In this document: positions 10,346-20,000 of the stretch, in pieces
Layout of the letters: the number at the start of each line of letters is the position of its first letter
How positions within the stretch are numbered: the stretch's first letter is position 1
Assembly: GCA_000934665.2 (NCBI GenBank)
Contig: KZ538527.1
Coordinates: 44,402-64,401, forward strand
Direction of reading: 5' to 3'
Length of the DNA stretch: 20,000 bases
Source: Catajapyx aquilonaris
Taxonomy: Eukaryota
The notes under the pieces: model-generated
Database searches by the model: none
Seen by the model: only the letters and a program-made list of their open reading frames with translations
Told to the model about the DNA's origin: nothing
Position numbers and translations under genes: made by a program

Positions 10346-13300
10346 ATGCAGCACATCGGAATGGCACTGGTAATCTGCAAACTATCAGTACGAATATAAC
10401 TATAGGGTACTGTACGCGCAAACAGATTGTTCTGCAAATTTTGCACATTTTCTGTCTTGAAAAACAATCCAGAACACACAGAACAAACCGTGTGCAATTA
10501 GACCTCTAATTTCACATGCATTCCACTACATTTTTACGTGGTAAACAATATGTTTTAAATGGTTTAAATATATTTTTTCATGCCCCTTTTCCACTTGTAG
10601 AATACAGCTCTTCAAGGGTTCTGTCCAGAACAGGTTTTGTTTTCTTCTCTCGAACTGTCACAATTTTTAGTGTAAATTGTTCTTAATAATAATTATGTGA
10701 GAAGAAAATGGTAAACTCAGCTCTATCCATTTTTATTGGTATTGCAAAATTCCCCTTTAAAAAAAAATCAGAATTTTGCAATTTTCTACTTCAAACTCGG
10801 CACAGGAGATTCTATAAAATTTATAGAATCTCCTGTGCCGAGTTTGAAGTACTATTTAATAGTACGTTATTTTAATTTATATTAATATACTAATTGTTCA
10901 TGTATAATTCTTATTCTTATTATTTCTTATTATTATTATACTAATTGTTCATGTATAATTCTTATTCTTATTACTTCTTATTATTATAATACTTATGTTC
11001 ATATACAATTTATATCATTATACTTATGTTCATATACAATTTATATCATTATACTTATGTTCATATACAATTTATATCATTATACTTATGTTCATATACA
11101 ATTTATATCATTATACTTATGTTCATATACAATTTATATCATTATACTTATGTTCATATACAATTTATATCATTATACTTATGTTCATATACAATTTATA
11201 TCATTATACTTATGTTCATATACAATTTATATCATTATACTTATGTTCATATACAATTTATATCATTATACTTATGTTCATATACAATTTATATCATTAT
11301 ACTTATGTTCATATACAATTTATATCATTATACTTATGTTCATATACAATTTATATCATTATACTTATGTTCATATACAATTTATATCATTATACTTATG
11401 TTCATATACAATTTATATCATTATACTTATGTTCATATACAATTTATATCATTATACTTATGTTCATATACAATTTATATCATTATACTTATGTTCATAT
11501 ACAATTTATATCATTATACTTATGTTCATATACAATTTATATCATTATACTTATGTTCATATACAATTTATATCATTATACTTATATTCATATATAATTT
11601 TTATTACATAATAATTATTGAATACTATTATTGACTTATTGTTGTTGTTATTAAAATTTTATGTTATTATTTTTCAAGCAATAGTGGACCAAAATCGACT
11701 TTAGAGATGGATTTTGTACACTAAAATTATTTAATGAAACAAATAATTGTGTAACACTGCATTTGTTTGTCTTAATCATTGAATTACAAATAATAATTAT
11801 AATTGAGAAATTAAATTATTAATTACAAATAATAATTGGTTTGATAAATTAAAACAAATTATTAATTATAAATAATAATTTAATATGATAAATTAAAACA
11901 AATTATTAATTATAAATAATAATTTAATATGATGAAATATATCAATTTATTAATTACAAATAATAATTTAATTTGATAAAATATATTCATTTTTAATTAC
12001 AAATAATTTAATTTGATAAAATACATTCATTTTTAATTACAAATAATTTAATTTGATAAAATATATTCATTTTTAATTACAAATAATTTAATTTGATAAA
12101 ATATATTCATTTTAAATTACAAATAATTACTGTATTGTAAACCTACATTTTCTGAGAGCAGGAGTATTTCAATTTCTTCCCCCAATAACTGAGTATAGAC
12201 CAACATTTTTTTTACCTTATGTTTCTGCTAATTATGATTGGAAAAAAGTCATTAATTTTTTTGATAAAACTAGTTTACACCATAGAAAACAGCAGGTGCA
12301 ATATTATTTTTGTCATATTTTGGTTTGTAAGACACACTCGTACTCATAATAAGAAAACTTGTGATAATTCCTATAGTAGGCTACTTGATATTTTCAGGCC
12401 CTGAATGGGACGTACTCCAACCTCCCCAACGAAGTACAGAAGAAGATCCTGCATCTGTTGCCGCAGCAAGACCTCATGTTGGGTGCTGCTCTTGTGTCCC
12501 GCAGCTGGTGCAGGATCGCCAGAGTCGTGCTGCAGCGCCGGAGAAGTGTGAGGCTAAGCGGCTGGAGTTTGAGGCCTTCAGGAGCCGTCCAGTTGATCGA
12601 ATGGATGCTCAACTTGAGGAAGGTGCATCTGGTGAACTGGGACCAGTGGGCTGCGGATTCACTGGTGTGTGCCATTGCGGCCAACCATCCCAACCTGGAG
12701 GAGCTGGACATGGACAACGTCTTCCTCTATGCAGGAAAACCGCTAGAGCAGGTGGCGGAAAAGTGAGTGCAGCAATAACACAAATTCCATTTTCTCAGCA
12801 ATTATTTTCTAAAATGATAAAGTACTACTAACTAATCATGTAATATCTCAACAGTTGTAGTCGACTGAAGGCTGTCAGAATGGAAACATGCGGAATCCAG
12901 TCTTCTATGCATCCACTGGACATCTTCGCAATCAGTGCAAACCTGGAGAAAATTGCGCTGGATGTGTATGGCTGCCACATCCAGCCTCTGGACAAATTCA
13001 TTGTGCGGAAGTGGTCTCGACTGGCAGAGGTCGATCTGTGCTGTCGGCATGGGCATCTGTTTGATCGTGACAAGGCAATGGAAGTCATCGCATGCACGGT
13101 TGGAGGTAGGTACCGGTACCTCGTCTTAAGTAAACCAGTTTGTACTTAATTTTCTTACTAGTTGAAGGACTGCTGAAGAAGCTTCGTGTCGGCAACTTGG
13201 AGATGACCGACTCGTACGAGTATGTCGGGTACTGCTACAACCTGGAGGAGCTGGACCTCCCGACGGCACGCAGCATTCCACAGGACATACTCACCGCAGT

Positions 13301-13736
13301 CTTCACCAACATGAAGAGACTCCGCCAGCTGAGTCTGGGCACCTCGTGGATGCACACCCCGAACGACCCTCCATTCAGAGGCATGCAGGAAAACGTCGGG
13401 CAGCTGAACCCAAAAATGGAGTACGCCACTTATTATGAGAACCTGAACAACGCCAGCGTGGCGTTCATCACCATCCGCTGCCCTGGCCTGACCCACCTGG
13501 CCATCAGCTGCTGCAGGTCCTTCACCAACAGAGGTCTTCTTGAGCTGGTCGTGAGGTGCTCCAACCTCCAGTTGCTCCACCTGGAGCGGGGCTACCACCT
13601 GGACCTCAGCGAAGATGCCCGCAGATGGTTCAGTGAAATCAACCCAGGTCTTCACATATGCACGATGATGAATAATATTGCTCCGGACTGCATGACGGAG
13701 TTTCTCACTTCCTTCCAATCCCTATGGTTGAAGTGA
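10346..13736 (+). CDS. F-box/leucine-rich-repeat protein, ~404 aa
   Basis: Exons 10346-10369 (MQHIGMAL, inferred), 12398-12762, 12855-13105, 13162-13736. F-box LPNEVQKKILHLLPQQDLMLGAALVSRSW; LRRs PNLEELDM, CYNLEELDL, RCPGLTHLAISCCRSFTNRGL, RCSNLQLLHL. Confidence 0.85.
10991..11600. repeat. 31-bp minisatellite, 19 identical copies plus a degenerate partial copy
   Basis: Unit ACTTATGTTCATATACAATTTATATCATTAT from 10991 to 11579; preceded by two related ~51-bp units at about 10887-10990. Confidence 0.97.
11780..12128. repeat. AT-rich 40-43 bp tandem repeats
   Basis: AAATAATTTAATTTGATAAAATATATTCATTTTTAATTAC about 4 times at 40-nt period from ~11960, with related degenerate units upstream. Confidence 0.85.
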
Positions 13737-14384
13737 AAAAGTCTCGCGAAACTCATGGGAACAACTATACTGGTGATGATCCATTACCATATATTTTTTC
13801 CCTCCCAGTTTGATTATAGTTGTTACCAAGAGCTAATTGTTACGAGTAGTTTCATCACAGGAAATATTTATAACATGTTACACACTGGAAAAGATCATGA
13901 AAAGATTCAGTGTCCAAGAATATTATTATGACAGGCAAGATCAATGGTAATGTCCTGTTGCAGCAAAATATGTTGTTGGATTATTTTGAAGTTTATTTCC
14001 CACAGACCAATATAAAATGTGGGACAATAATGTATGAAATGATGTACTTTATTAATTGTAATTTATTGCCAAGCTATTTATTTATTGTTGAATGTCCATG
14101 TGCAAGAAGCATGATGAGTGTAATAAAGTTTTTGACAATGTTTAATTTGCTTTTACTTTCAAGACATAAACTGTGTAATGATTACTTCTCCGAACCTGAT
14201 CACTGTACACGCCGGTACATACCAATGTATTTATTATTAATATTGCATTTCTTAGTACAAGCATAATTATATAATGAACAGCTAGATATGATTTGTGAGT
14301 AGCCTATAATTAATATGATCAAGAGCTTATTAGCTCTTGATATGATATAATTATTAATTGACTTTTAAGATAATATATTATGCT

Positions 14385-15250
14385 TTTTATTGGCAGACGA
14401 AAATGTAGGATTTAAAACTGAAGAAGCATTGATATTCACTGCGCTGTTGAGAAAAAATGAAGCAAAATTTATGAATTATTATGTGTTTTTGTCTTCTTTT
14501 TTTAAATATTCATTACTTTATTGCAGGGTTGGAAATATCCGTAATTATGCTGCATGTGATATGATAACCTTCAGAAAATAGCCCGCCAAATCCTGCAAGG
14601 ACATGTTAATGACCTCAGTAATCAGTGTCACGTCCCATTCAGTACACGCACGCAATTCTTATTCACATAATACGCAAATATAACACATTAAAATACATTT
14701 TTTCCCCTTCCACATGTGCGCTCTTTCATATCCCAATTGATATAATAATTTTTATTTGCATATATGCCTGTTGACTATCTTCCTGCTCCTTCCCTAGATT
14801 CCCCCCTGGAGCCTTCCCCCCTAGTCATATTATCAAGGGCATTTATTTCGGCCTCCTTTTTCACACACACACCAAGTGCAAAGTTCTGCGACCTTGCGCC
14901 GCACACTACTTCTGTACACCCATGGCCATCACAGTGTGTCGCGACAACTAGTGTGGGCCTGGAGTGTGTACGGCTTCAACACGAGGTCATGAACCCCGTA
15001 TGATCCAAACATACGGCATGTTATTGCATTTACTTTCAATGAGATTAAGCCCAACCGGCTGATTTGGGTGCGGACTCTCACTTGAGCCCGAATGTACGTG
15101 TGACGTCACTAGTGGGGTAAGGCGGGGGATGACGTCACGAGGCGCGTGCCTCCCCGCCCATTCCCTCCTCCCGTTCTTTCTTCTCACATAGGCTTTCAAT
15201 GAACGCCGCCATCTTTCGACTCCTAACATCACATGACCACATTCCCATCG
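14385..15250 (-). ncRNA. Candidate spliced non-coding transcript divergent from lingerer
   Basis: Minus strand: AAGATGGCGGCG near 15204-15214, donor GTGAGA 15187, acceptor TGTCCTTGCAG 14593, donor GTAATG 14516, acceptor TTTTTTCTCAACAG 14444, AATAAA 14390-14385. The spliced ORF from the motif ATG is only MAAFIESL*. Confidence 0.35.
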
Positions 15251-15700
15251 CACGATTGGTCCAAACGGATAAGAAGCAGCAAGATGGCCGCACCTATCAA
15301 CACAAAATGGCGGAACAGCAGCAGTGAGGGGGAAGGGGGTCGGGCGTCATCTCCGGCCGATTGTAGCATACCAGCTGTTTTTTTTTGTTAGCTATAGCCG
15401 CGATTTGCTGTTCTAATATGGACCGGATTTTCCGGATTTGGTATGATCCGGTGCGGAACTACGGTCCGGATTGTGTCCATGTAGTGTCCGGTTTGCGGTT
15501 TTTGGACGTTTTATTCGGGCGTGGACTTCTGTGCGTTATGTCGGACCGGTAGCTAATATCTGTCGCTAATAAGCAGGCGTGTGCTAGTACGCATGCGCCT
15601 CCCCCTCTTTTCCTCCCCCTCCCCTTGAAATGAAGGAAATTTTTTTTCGCCCCCCTCCGCTGCTAGTGAGGCTTTTGTGAGCGCAAATTCCAGGTAAGGC
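15060..15700 (+). promoter_or_regulatory. CpG-rich promoter and 5'UTR exon region of lingerer
   Basis: TGACGTCA (CRE) at 15101 and 15130; ATTGG near 15255; YY1/Pho-like AAGATGGCCG 15281 and AAAATGGCGG 15304; CGCATGCGC (NRF1/Ewg-like) 15590; strong donor CAG|GTAAGG at 15694, matched to acceptor TTTCAG ending 17822. Confidence 0.65.
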
Positions 15701-16189
15701 GGCTCGCGTTCGATTCTCTCTCCCCTTCTTTTAACTGCAACAGGGGGATCGGACCCCCCATGCACCACCCCTTGGCTCTATCCCCAATGTGCCGGGTGGG
15801 ATTGAGCCGGTTCGATAACCCGGCATGGTGAGAGGGGCAGGGGCGGCCCCGGGGCGAGATTGGGGAGGGGGGGGGGGCGGAGTGTTCCACCGGCGGCCAT
15901 TTTTTGGCGGAGGGGACTTTCGGGGAGGGTGGGAGGGGGGAAGTAGGGCTGGATGTGATTGGGAACAGGAGGGCCGGGGGTGCGGTCCCAGCATAGGGTT
16001 TGGACACAGGGGCGGCCCCCGCTGTCAGAATGTGGGGGTTGGCAGGCCTGATCAAATTGCGGGGTTGGCACCCCTGGCCGTGTGATTGATGGGGTTGGCA
16101 CGCCTGGTGCATACTGTGGGGGGTTGGCATGCCTGGAGTGATTTTTAAAAAATTATAATATTAATAACGTTCTAATGAGATTGCGCAAT

Positions 16190-16850
16190 TAAAGCCACCG
16201 AGGCAGCCTTTGTTCATAATATTTTATAGCATAATGGTTGATGTAATGAGTGTAATGAATGCAATGAAAATTAATCAGTGGATCGTGTATGAACTTGCAT
16301 GTTCTTATGGCGGTCGCTTCCATGTAATTGTTGCGTACTCGACAGTGAAGCTGGCTATCCTCATGTTTTATTAATGATTGAGAATATTTTTATATTAATA
16401 ATGTGTTTTAATTGCACGGAATTTAAGCACTGAGGCAGCCGGAAGTTTCATTAATCGCAATTTACAATATTTTGTAGTAATTATTAATCAGTGGACAGTG
16501 CACATTCTCGTTGATAATTTATAATATTAATTATTAATCAGTGGACAGTATGAAAGTGCATATTCTCATTGATAGTTTATTATGTTATAATTAGTGAGCA
16601 ATATGAAAGTGGTTATTCTCGTTGATAATTTTTTAGTAAGTGGGAGTCTATGAAAGGGGTCGTTTTAATAACCGCCGCTTGCGTGTAATTGGTGCGTACT
16701 CTGCAATTGAAGCAGCGAGACAGCCTGAAGTTCTATTAATAATCATTATTAGTTTGTCAGCTCAAGTGCTGTCCAACGCAAATTACATCATTGCAGATTT
16801 ATTAATGATTATTAATAAAACTTCTGTGGCGGTGCTTCAGGCTTCATTTA
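16190..16850. repeat. Degenerate AT-rich modular repeats in lingerer intron 1
   Basis: Recurrent AAGCAC.GAGGCAGCC-like block (about 16191, 16425, 16710), TGTAATTG.TGCGTACTC (x2), ATTAATCAGTGGA (x3), TATGAAAGTG..TATTCTC.TTGATA (x2). Confidence 0.6.
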
Positions 16851-17984
16851 TTAATTAATACAATAAATTACAAATTTTTGGTGGAATTTTCATTGTACTA
16901 ATAGTTACTGCTAACTAAGCACTACCCTGGTACTGCCAAGTTAGAAGTAACTAGTAGTACGACGAAAAGTCCGCCTGTCGTAATTTATGATGTTAATAAG
17001 TGGAGCGTACAAAAGCGCATGTTGTAATGACAGTGTTTTGATCGCAGTTCATGTTGCTCATTGTACGATATCAAAGATAAGCATTATGCGTTCCCTGATA
17101 TGCCGACAAATTTTTAAAAACAATATAAACAATGCATGTGTTCATGTCGATTTGTAGCAATCGAACAAGCGCTTAACATTAATTACCCAATGCGCAGCAG
17201 ACGTGATCATACAAAAGAAGCAGTACTGTGGGTTGATTCCACCTTCAGGCTGGGATTAATTTAACCACGCTTTTCTATTCATGGCTGCGTATTGATTTAT
17301 TCTTCCCACGCCGTTTTCTTTCTAAGGAAAAGGGCAAACTAATTTCGCAGTAATAATTAGTAATTGATATAGCGACTGTCTCAATTTACTGTACCAGAAG
17401 ATGGGGACCGCGATTGTGAACTTTGACCTCAGAGGTCAGGATAATGATTTTGCCAGCCCTGTTTTCCACTCCACAGTTTCTCCGATTATCTTGCACCGTC
17501 ATCGTCTCTGGAAAATAATTGAAGAGCTACGTAAACGCAATTACTTAGCAATTACGGGTGGAATTTTCGGCCCTCTGCTAGTTACCACTAACTTAACATT
17601 GCTAGCCTAGTTTATAGCTAATGTATCCAGGCTTATGTTTGTTTAATTTGTTAGCAAATAGGAATCATAGCAACTTGTGTTGCCAGGAATTGAATTCCGT
17701 GGTGTCAATGCATGTGGTGAGTTAGAACTTGATTTTTCCAGTGCGCCTTTTGCCGATAGGAACTTAACATGTCTTTTCAAGGGAACGGTGGCTTAACGTT
17801 GTCTTTTTCTTTCTCGTTTCAGTCTGTAAATAGTGCGTGTACATAAAAAAGCAGCACCTTACCCCTCCCCTTTCAAAACCCCTGCTCCCAGTGAATTGGG
17901 AGATCCCCCCAAACACGCCTATTTGAGGCACCATCTGCAAGAGACCAAGGTCCACCACCCGAGTCAACCATCGGGACGAAACAG

Positions 17985-20000
17985 ATGAGCTCTTCTGGAG
18001 GAGGGAGGAGCGGAGGTGGGGGCAGGGGCGGACCCAAGTCTGCCCCACCTCCCACCTCCAGAGGCGGCGGGAAGGACGCAGGAGGAGCCTCGGACTCCCA
18101 GCCCGCCCTTCCTCAGACCAACTCTGCTCCGGGACAGACCCAACAGACCCAGGGGCCTCCGGTGGCCACAGTCGCTCCGGTGCAGAAGGTCAGCCAGAAA
18201 CAGCAGGCAGACGCAAAGGTCGACTCGGCCGGGAAAGGAGGAGACAATCGGAAGATGGCTCTGCAGGTCAGCGGTTTTAAAAAAGAGTCACGCATGTTGT
18301 GTACTTGAAGGCCCAAGATGAGCACATTCCTTTGTACTTTTCATTACTCGGAGTAGAAGCCATGAGGGAAATTGCTGCGGATTGTGATCGCAAATGTTGT
18401 ACTTGATAAACGTAATGTGATGCTTTCTTCCTGATCACGTGGGCTTGCGTCAGGTTGAGGAGGAACGTTAAGGAGCGTCGAGCATGATTGCACCAACCAA
18501 AATTACCGATCCGATGGCTCCTAATGGATCGTTAGGAACCCTTTTAATGTGTGCTAACGATCTGTTAGGAGCTGTCGAATCGGTAATTCCCTTGGTGCCA
18601 TCGGGCATCAGTCACTGTCCGTACTTGTACATCAGGTACTGCTACGGTAAATTCGCTTCATGTTTCTCACAGATCGAATTGTTGCAAACTGAGCGTTATC
18701 ATTAGGTAATATATTGTTGCAGTTTGTTACCACTCGGGTGTACGTCTGCTGACTTAAAAGAGTAAACAAGCCTAGGTCCGAAAGTTGCAGTTAAAGTGTC
18801 CACCTGTAGGTAGCCTCCCGCATGAGTTTTATTGAACACTTGAAGGGCAAAAGTCCGTTTTCAGCGGATTTTACATTCCGCATCATCATCGCTTTTTATT
18901 GGTGCATGCCAAGCATGTTTTCTTCCCAACGGTGACATCATTCGTGAGCATACAGTCGGCTGATTTAATCGCGGGGTTAGAAACAGTCAGAGGCATGTCA
19001 TAATTGGTCAAATTCAATTTGTGATGTGTAATACAAGTCATGTACGTTCTCTGTTTAAGCAGTGAGTTTATGAAATGTCTCGCTGCATAGAACGGTGCGT
19101 ACATAACACGTAGTGTTCCAGAGGTCAGGGTTCAACCGTGACAATGAGATTTTCCGGCAGCAGTACGGTGACACTGCCGTTTTAAATATTCCAGACGTGA
19201 AAGGAGACCTGTTCAAAAAGCAGCGTAACTCAACACCCCATCGGATGGCTGCAAAACACATTAATTGCCATATCTGCATTGATATCCGAGGAGTGTTGTT
19301 GTGCGGTGTGGCTCATGTTACACTGCTCTTCGGCTTGCGGAGGAGTAATTGACTTGACATGCCTGTAATGTGCCATGTTATACTTTGCATTGCGGCTTGG
19401 CCCTACGCGGCAAAGAATGGGTAAGGTGCACAGTGAGGTGACGGCAACAATTAATCTTGAACCAACTCGTGGTGTGGAAGTCTGCACATTGAGTCGTGTC
19501 GGTGCTATTGAGATGTAGCTAGCACGCCCTGAGTCTTATCTCGCGGCTAATCACCTGCAGGCAGTGAAATTGTCGATAAGTTTTCAGTATCGTAACAGCT
19601 GGATTTCCAAGAAGTGTAAACAGTGGCCATTAACAAGTATCGATTGCATGAGTTATACGTTTTAATGTAATCACTTTGTGTAATTAAACGTTCGATATGC
19701 ATAATAGTCCACCTGTCATGAGAAAGTACTGTAGAGTGAGCGAAGTGAATTTTTATCACTCGAGTGCAAGGCATTGTTCAGCGGTGTGTCCGGTGTTTAC
19801 GCACGATTACATAACCCCCCCCATTTGCACAGTAGAGTACCGCAATGTCAAACCAGCTAATGACCTACCTTTTGTCCTATTCAGCCAACGGCAGAGCAGA
19901 TGCGCATAGCCCAGATCATCGAGACGCGGACGGAGGACCCGAACATCCGGGAGAAGGTGCGGCAGGTGATGGACGTGACCAGCAAGTCTGAGGACGAGGT
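17985..20000 (+). CDS. lig: Protein lingerer / ubiquitin-associated protein 2-like, 5' part
   Basis: Coding exon 17985-18266 (Gly/Arg-rich, ends MALQ) splices in phase 0 to 19885->20000: PTAEQMRIAQIIETRTEDPNIREKVRQVMDVTSKSEDE, the entry into the UBA domain of Lingerer/UBAP2/UBAP2L. Confidence 0.9.

Noticed and set aside
10991..11600. CRISPR-like array
   Set aside because: Units abut with no spacers; eukaryotic context; no cas genes.
10995..11634. Three ~200-aa ORFs with repeating MFIYNLYHY peptides
   Set aside because: Artefact of a stop-free 31-bp tandem repeat inside an inferred intron.
14800..14825. RNase P/MRP CR-I-like GGAAGGCTCCAG on the minus strand
   Set aside because: No matching CR-V/P4 partner found downstream.
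15553..16130. Pro/Gly-rich ORFs
   Set aside because: Low-complexity translation of the GC-rich promoter and G-run intron start.
16035..16135. Mini-CRISPR interpretation of the repeat-spacer pattern
   Set aside because: Repeats (16 nt) and spacers (10-14 nt) are too short, and no cas genes are present.
17424..17438. TGACCTCAGAGGTCA nuclear-receptor-like palindrome
   Set aside because: Everted arrangement rather than the IR-1 ecdysone element; a single short match is not supportable.

Overview
Eukaryotic, arthropod-like genomic DNA: gene-dense, GC-rich exons, mostly 53-90 nt introns. No prokaryotic, CRISPR, rRNA or true tRNA features. Gene order, with splice models built by hand: 3' end of a WDY/WDR49-like WD40 gene (+); a decaying C2H2 zinc-finger gene (+); mRpS16 (+); COX5A (-); neugrin (-, probably needing a GC-AG intron); a head-to-head F-box/LRR gene (+) with minisatellites in intron 1; a candidate divergent spliced non-coding transcript (-); and the 5' part of lingerer/UBAP2-like (+). 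Mobile DNA: a tRNA-derived SINE with an 8-bp target-site duplication, a Tigger/pogo-like MITE and a fold-back element. Main observations: (1) the two long lingerer introns are tiled with RNA stem-loops whose G-U pairs fit the transcribed strand, and the divergent transcript's intron has a stem favouring the opposite strand; (2) the zinc-finger gene and mRpS16 share a duplicated promoter, 5'UTR and first four codons, and the SINE sits in only one copy; (3) two perfect ~60-bp palindromes, one a reconstructable fold-back insertion. All structures were paired by eye; no folding or database search was run.
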